Of a stretch of DNA of 51,424 nt, positions 44,927 to 51,424 are shown piece after piece; within the stretch, counting starts at the first letter, position 1, and every line of letters starts with the position of its first letter. The translations under genes were made by a program, and so were the position numbers. The notes beneath the pieces are model-generated. The model worked only from the letters and a program-made list of their open reading frames with translations, did not search any database and was not told where the DNA came from. This DNA is from Salisapilia sapeloensis CBS 127946 (taxonomy: Eukaryota > Protista > Oomycota): NCBI GenBank assembly GCA_023334545.1, contig JAADVB010000128.1, forward strand, positions 1 to 51,424, in the 5' to 3' direction.

Positions 44927-46316
44927 GGAGTGGCATACAGAAAGGGATTGTCAGGATTAAGTGCCGTCCAAACTGGTAGACTTGTAATTTGCAATCCGAA
45001 GAACAGTTCTAATCATTAAGTTGTGGTGAAGTGCATCTGTATTGGCGTAAAGTGATGAAATAAGTTACCAGGGGAATAAACGAGCTATCAATTAGTTTTA
45101 AATTTTGTGTTGTGCTGGCCTTTTCATGAAGGTCACTACCCATGCTATGAAGATGTACTTGAAAATATGATTTCTAGCAGAAGATATGTCTCAGATGCCA
45201 ATCGGTATGTAAATTGTAAGATCAAGAATTTTGCTTTGCTTGTAGTGTGTTCTTTGGTCAATGTTTGCTTAGAGGATGTAGCTTATTTGATTATAGTTTG
45301 CGCTAAGCTTGCAAAATTATGTATAGATACTTGCTTTGCCGTGCAAGTCACGCATGGCTAAAGTTCGACAAGTACGAAGCTTTGCCAGTTAGTAGTACAA
45401 CATGTCTTTGCAAGCGTAAGTCGACAATTTGCTAGCATGAGCTAGCACGAAGGAAGCTCCATAAGACGTATGTCTTAAGTGTTTACATTGTTGTAAGAAT
45501 TTCTCTCTACCTTTTTCAGTGTTCGTGGTATCATGAACTCTCATTAACTGAACTGCAATCAATGCTTTAAGTATCAGTTGTAGAGAAAGTCGCTAAATGC
45601 GTTTTCCAGCACGACAATTTGAAGTGTGCTTTGCGTAGTTACGGAAAGCCATCTCTATTCTATAGGTAGAAGAAATTCGATCTAGCTACAATTTGTAGTC
45701 GTGTCCCTATTATGATACACCAACTATGAATGGTGTAAAGGTTGCCTAGGTGTGCATAGCAAAGTACTTCATGATTGTTATATAAGCTCAAGTACTTTGC
45801 AGCAAGTTGTCAAACTTACGAAAACCTGGAATCGATATAAACAACCTGATAGTCAAATATCGGCCGGAATTGCCTAAACTAAAAAGACGTCTTGAACTCG
45901 ACACTACTTACTCAGTCACTCTCCTTCCGAGAACGAGCCGCTACCAAAGGCGATTTAAGCCACTTGAACATAAGATGCTTGAGAAAGTATGAAAATAAGC
46001 ATGATAAAATGATTCAAGGTTTCCATAGGTTCGGTCATGCCAATTGTGGCCTAAGCTAGAACAAAGATATAATAAGTTTGCGTGAAAACTAGATATTTTA
46101 ATTGCTCCCAGAGCAACATAACATGCTACCAAAGCTAAAACCTATTAAAATGCTTCCAGTAAAGAGGAAGACCTCTCTGTTTTAGTTGCACGCTCAACCT
46201 ATAATTCATTTAAATTGTTGACAGCTCAGTTATCGTTGCGTCTGAGGAAAAGAGAAAATAAGCAATGGAAATTTAAGCTTGGAGAACGGCCTCAGACATT
46301 ATGCATGTGTTCCCAA

Positions 46317-48119
46317 TTACCCGTGAAATGGCACCACCTTTATGGGCAAATCGCTATTCACTGACAACTCTACACCAGGAGTGGAAATGATTTGGTGTGG
46401 ATCCTCCAGCAACTTCAAATCAAACTTGCTGATCATAGAGCAAATCACGATCTGTAATTCGACCATTGCCATTCGCTGTCCAATGCATTGTCTTGGTCCG
46501 GTAAGCTGTTATCAAAAGAGACATCATTAAGCACGTATAATGATTTAAATGGTGAATCAGAACGTACGAAAATCGGAAACTGGGATGGCGTGAAAGCGAT
46601 AATGTCTCCCGTTGTCTGGTCGATCCAGCGCTCGGGCTTAAACTCATGTGCGTCTTCTCCCCAAACAGAAGACAAGAATCCTGTAGCCCGCATGGCAGCC
46701 ATGATCTCAGTGCCTTTGCTCACGTACGTACCGTCAACAAGTGTAGTCGACTGTAGGGCACCTCGCGATGACATAGGGACCGTCGAGTTGAGACGAAGTG
46801 TCTCTCGAATCGTACCCTCCAAGTAATGGAGTTGATCAATCTCTTCGACGGTCGGAACTTCTGCGTTTCCGCCCAGAAGATGGGGAAATTTGCTCTTGAT
46901 CTCAGCGCGAATTTTACTCACAACTTCCGGATGGCGATTCAGTTCGACGAGGATCCAGGCCATCGTAGTGCTTGTTGTCGCGGATCCAGCGAAAAAGAAG
47001 TTGAAAACCATATCGCGCATTAATGTCGGATCCGCATCCAACTTTCCAGTCGTTGAAGCTTCCTTGGCTTGACTGTCTAAGAATAGAGTAATCAAGTCCT
47101 TCGGACGAGACATCGAGCTGTCATCGACGTGACCATCTTCCATCTCCTGCTTTTTCTTGTCAATGGACTTGTGGATGATGTCGTAGACCAATCCGTCCAA
47201 GTACTGTTTGCTCTTGGCAACTTCTGCTTCTTCACCAATACCAAACATCCGTCGGAGTGTCCAAAGCCAATGTGGCTGTGAAAATCGACGAAATGTTCCT
47301 CGGGACATGACGCGTATGCTTTCGATAAAGTCGTTCGTCTCTCCTCGCAACCCTTTCTGCATGCTTTCCAAATCAACGCCAAACCCAATCTAGGCTCGCA
47401 AGACTGAGTCAAATGATTTACAGCAAGGTAGCAAGTGTTCTTTTACCTGAGTAAAGACATCCGTTGTGAATTCAGTGAACGAGATCCGAGCGGGAACGAC
47501 CGTACCGCGCTTTGCATGTTCACTCAAGACTTGCACGAATTCACGGCTGCGCTCTCGAATCGTCGTATGCATGACATCTTTCATCATTTGCATGCTGAAC
47601 AAATGGGAAGCTGTCTTTCGTTGAAATTTCCAATGGCTTCCAACACTGTTAACAATACCGTATCCGAGTAAGTCGTAGTTGCGGTCAAGTGACAATGGGC
47701 TTCGGACAAAGATGGCACTCTGTGTCTTGTAGACGTCTTCGATATGTTCTGGGGCCGAGACAACTACCATTGCAGGACGATTCAGAACTTTTAGCATCCA
47801 GGGTTTCCCTTCCTTCTCCTCGCACACTTCGGTAATCCATTCACTCATCCTAGCGTATCAATCGTACAAGTCGTAAGACTTGCGAACTTAATTATTTAGA
47901 TGCTGAAACTTACCGATGACGATTACGAGCAAGCTGAAGGGTGCTACCCAAGAGTGGTAGCGCTCCATCCGGGTGAGGCAATGGCTGACCATCAGGGGTG
48001 TAAGCACGAGGTCTTTGGACATAGGATAAAAGTATGTATCCTGCAGCAAGCGGAAGAGCTACAACCGCCACCGATTGAGGTGTAGAAAGCTGCTCAAAAG
48101 TTTCCATTGCACGGTCCAT
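46317..48119 (-). CDS. Cytochrome P450 (CYP86-clan-like fatty-acid hydroxylase type), 4 exons
   Basis: N-terminal membrane anchor and Pro-rich hinge, WKFQRK, I-helix FFFAGSATTST, ETLRL, PERW. The spliced haem motif reads F|LTGPRQCIG. Stop at 46319-46317. Confidence 0.93.
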
Positions 48120-48610
48120 TTTCGTTTGACGAAAGTTCTCTTACGGGGCCGACCGGTAGTTGTCAAGTGAAGGGGTCTGATTTTCGGAGGTCCAGCGTTG
48201 TCGGTACGTCATTTTACCAAACGCTACCAGAGTATCCTAAAGCGTTGCAACACACATCAAAACCATCCAGGTCGGTCACGTTTCTTGTAAACAAATCGTT
48301 AAGTCAGCAAACGCAATGCATCTAGGTAGATTTGTTAGAATCAGTATGTGCGAAGAGATATTGATTCGAACGATAGTAGCGTCATGTTAATAAAAGGGCG
48401 TCAGATCTACAGAAATATCGAATTTGTACAAGTGTGGTGGTTGAAGCATCGTTCTGAATGAACCATAGGAATGATACATGACAGATCTAGCACTCCTAGT
48501 CTGATAATGGACCACCTCTGAGCATAGTTTATCTTTTCTTTAGTCAGAGTTTAAAGCTAGAACCAGCACGATAAGAATCGAGGCAAGACTTCCAAAGGTT
48601 TTGCCACCTG

Positions 48611-48623
48611 AAAAACATAAAAG
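48611..48623 (-). terminator. RNA polymerase III terminator (oligo-T runs) downstream of tRNA-Gly
   Basis: The minus strand reads ...CA-TAC-TTTT-ATG-TTTTT-CAGG immediately after the tRNA 3' end. Confidence 0.7.
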
Positions 48624-48625
48624 TA

Positions 48626-48696
48626 TGCGCCGTCCGGGAATCGAACCCGGGGCATCTCGATGGCAACGAGATATTTTACCACTAAACCAACGGCGC
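48626..48696 (-). tRNA. trnG-GCC: tRNA-Gly (anticodon GCC)
   Basis: The reverse complement is GCGCCGTTGGTTTAGTGGTAAAATATCTCGTTGCCATCGAGATGCCCCGGGTTCGATTCCCGGACGGCGCA. It has an acceptor stem, a TCTCG/CGAGA anticodon stem with loop TTGCCAT, and a GGTTCGATTCC T-arm. A and B boxes are present. Confidence 0.96.
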
Positions 48697-49501
48697 TTGT
48701 TAAATCGATCATTTACATATTTATATAAAAATTATTTTAAATGTTAATACAAGCTCATTTTATGATAAACTTCACCTACAAACCCTGTAACTACAAAAGT
48801 CTTTTTATTTGAAACGAAAGTATTCAAGTTGATAGGAAGACCGTATAGCTACCAAAGGGTCCAAGTAGAGTGTGGTACTGATTGAAGTTAAAGTTGTGAT
48901 GAAGTTAACACAAACTCTGGAACATCCAACTAAAACAGCGGTGTGGACAGAGTACCTAGAATAGCCAGACGTTAAGCAGTCTTCTTTGATTGAACTCGAA
49001 CGGATTGGTATATAGGGCACGTTAAAGATAAAACTAAAGTAGCTTTCCTCAAACGGTTATTGCATTTAAAAGATCATTCAATGATCAAGTTAAAAGAACA
49101 AGCTACTCTTTAAATGATTTACATTCCAATCTAGATTGGCCTGCACGATGCAATCTAGACGATATCCTTTATCGACAACCTTTTTTTCGATTTGCGTAGA
49201 TCAAAATAAATTTGTGCCCAGCCTAAGTATGATTTGCTTTCCTAGTCCTTGCATTTTATCAGAATACAAGCAAACACACAACATTGGCTTCCAATTGAGC
49301 CAAGCCCGACGGCAAGATGCTAGACATGCTGCAACGGTCTTTATAGATATAGAGCAGTCAAAGCGATTTAAATCAGTGTTAACAGCCAAGGGAGTTCTCG
49401 TTAACCTTAAAAGAAAGAAAAATGCTAATTGCTGAAAGACGAATTTTTGACTTTGGTCCCGGAAAAAATAAATCTTTCGGTGATCAAGTTAAGCTTACGC
49501 A

Positions 49502-51387
49502 TCACTCGAAGACGGAAGCATTCGAACAGATGAGATCCTCAACGTCGTATGAAGTGAGCTTTGTGCCTCCGACATCGCTAGCAAAGTACATAAGATTAGC
49601 TACTGAAGAATGCCATTGATATGAACGATGGCTTTGTTACGTACAGATACACTAGGCACGATGATGTTGGGAACCATAACTGTAAATTGAGCTTCATCTT
49701 ATCACCTTCGTCAAACTTGCCTGTGTTGTCTGTGTTGTCGGACAAATCCCTACTCAATAGGAGTCAAACTTTCCGACGGAGAAGAGAGATTGTGCAGGAC
49801 TTACAGATACTTTAGGTTGGGAAGTCTCGCGCGATCATGTTCTGTATTACGGAAAACTCCAGTTTTCCACACTTTTCTCGGTTTCGGAGAGAATCCATAA
49901 CCAACTAAATGGTTATCCTTTAGTTGTCTATACCATACAAAGTTTTCATTAGCAAAACGATGTACAAGTATAGAGTCTTGTCGACATCATCGAGCGTATC
50001 GACATACATTTTTTCGATCAACGGAATGTAGGCGTCGATAGTTGTTAATTCGTTGTGTAACATAGAGCTGTATATGAATAAAGTTAAAGTGAAGAGCCTC
50101 ATTGCTATTCGAGGGTTACGTACACTTTCTTAAGTTTAGGCCACATGCCACTCCATTTATTTATCTTCGCGCGATCCGCAATTCTTTCACATGCTCAGCA
50201 TACGAGTATTAAAGCTTCCATATTCGAATATCGCTACGTACAGTTTCGTCACCGATTCAAGAGTGTAGGCCTGCGGATTACCGATCACTTTCATATCGTT
50301 CCAACTCACATCTCTGTTCGAATGGCTCAGTTACATACTCTTCGCGAGGAGCTAAAATGACACATACATAGTGCGAAGACTCTTACACTTGTTCCCACGC
50401 AAGCTATCTTTTGACAATTTGTTGTTTGAAATGTCCCTACCCTCCACACTTGTAACCCTTTGAATAAGTTTATCATGCAAATGTGCCTTACAAGTAATTT
50501 AGCGGCATCTTGTCACATTTAAAATCAGTAAGCCAATTGCTATTTAGTCTCCTATATCACATGTAAATAGTCAATTATGCGGACAAGGCAAATGAATGCC
50601 TATATCGTACGCCTCAGTTAGTTTCGGCATCTTTGCTCCAAATTCTACAACGTCGTTGCTCTCTAGATTTCTGCACAAAAATGTTGAATTCAAGCCAGAG
50701 AATAACTAGACGAATACTTACAAGTACTCGAGGTGTTTCCAGTTTCCAGTGATCTTCTTTAATCTGCCGTCGGTGCTATTTCTAAATTGTATTTGTTATA
50801 GAACATATATTTAGCTATCCAAGTACAGCTTTGACAGCAACATGTACAGTTTGCGAAGGTTGGGAAAACGGTCTGCATCCAGGCTCTCGAACAAAGTTCC
50901 GTTCATATACCTGCTCAAGTGAAAATTTAGTACATATACTACTTGGAGACATCTATAACCACATCAGTCATACAGCTCTTGTAGAGTAAGAGACGTTCCA
51001 GAGATCTCTGTAATCTGGTTCTTTTTAATGACACTGCACGAACCGAATGAGTAGATGTTCATTTAACTAGTAAGTGCTTGAAAGCCAACGTACAGAGTTT
51101 TGGCGTGATCGAATTGACTTGCATTGATCTTTGTAACGCTGTTATTGCTCAGATCGCTACAATGAAGAAATATGAGTGATCTGCTCGTGATAATTACATT
51201 TCACATTAAACAACATTATTTTCAAGTCGTATGGAAAGGATATAGCAGATAACATTTCATCATCAAGCTCCTTGTGGGCAAATGCATCATAGAAATAATC
51301 GTTGGCTTCTGACGCCAAAGCTTGCCACGTAGCCACAAGGAGGAAGAGCAGCACAACTTGCACACTTGGGCGCTTCACCCCAATCAT
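49502..51387 (-). CDS. Secreted leucine-rich-repeat protein encoded by at least 14 short exons; 3' end uncertain (may extend to about 48805)
   Basis: Manual splicing gives signal peptide MIGVKRPSVQVVLLFLLVATWQALA-SEAND..., then LKII|DLSNNSV, AKTL|VIKKNQI, LQEL|YMNGT, LRKL|NSTDG, LEYL|NLESNDV, LTEA|RLNSNWL, LNYL|DISNNKL, LRTI|DVSWNDM, VTKL|IADRAKI, LKKV|SMLHNEL, IEKI|QLKDNHL, LKYL|DLSDN and LVYL|DVGGTKL. There are thirteen GT-AG introns of 51-80 nt and no in-frame stop until 49504-49502. Confidence 0.85.
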
Positions 51388-51410
51388 GGTCGGATAGTTG
51401 AACTAAATCA

Positions 51411-51417
51411 AAAGTGA
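51411..51417 (-). promoter_or_regulatory. Possible oomycete-type initiator element (YCAYTYY) upstream of the LRR gene
   Basis: TCACTTT on the minus strand, about 25-30 nt upstream of ATG 51387. It is a short motif and could occur by chance. Confidence 0.35.
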
Positions 51418-51424
51418 CTACCTA

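Noticed and set aside
44924-45020. TGA read-through or selenocysteine extension of the EF-hand/LRR gene
   Set aside because: The downstream frame (GVAYRKGLSGLSAVQ...) does not continue the LRR pattern and stops after about 30 codons. I see no SECIS-like structure.
45759-45800. Inverted repeat GCAAAGTACTT-N20-AAGTACTTTGC (possible MITE end or hairpin)
   Set aside because: The arms are only 11 bp, in AT-rich DNA, with no target-site duplication or second copy seen. A match of this size is plausible by chance in 51 kb.
49136-50360. Plus-strand short ORFs (49136, 49422, 49621, 50145) and minus-strand 49920-50102 as independent genes or transposase remnants
   Set aside because: Most are explained as antisense shadows or exon/intron read-through of the spliced LRR gene (49136 lies in its unresolved 3' region). 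No DDE, RT or integrase motifs were found.

Overview
This is eukaryotic, very gene-dense DNA with short GT-AG introns (about 50-80 nt). The gene repertoire points to an oomycete-like, flagellated stramenopile: a 7TM-TKL-DEP receptor, WRKY19-like Cys/His repeats, oomycete-type ankyrin and FYVE proteins, a CYP86-clan-like P450, CFAP300 and rotatin. This taxonomy is inferred. I can support about 25 protein genes and one tRNA-Gly(GCC), and I found no CRISPR array or recognisable intact transposon. Main observations: (1) A secreted leucine-rich-repeat gene on the minus strand (about 49.5-51.4 kb) is essentially invisible in the ORF track. At least 13 introns cut it, all phase 2 and all at the same position of the LRR motif, giving roughly one repeat per frame-symmetric exon. 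(2) The RCC1 orthologue has an in-frame first exon resembling the N-terminal and central motifs of Nup50/Nup2. (3) One spliced gene joins a TFIIS-N domain, a SAM domain and an SPT2-like tail. (4) A secreted trypsin-fold protease has an intact triad but His189/Lys226, suggesting a preference for acidic P1 residues. (5) The 7TM-kinase-DEP receptor has lost its catalytic motifs. (6) An IF2-like GTPase lacks domain IV. All assignments come from manual translation and motif recall, with no database searches.
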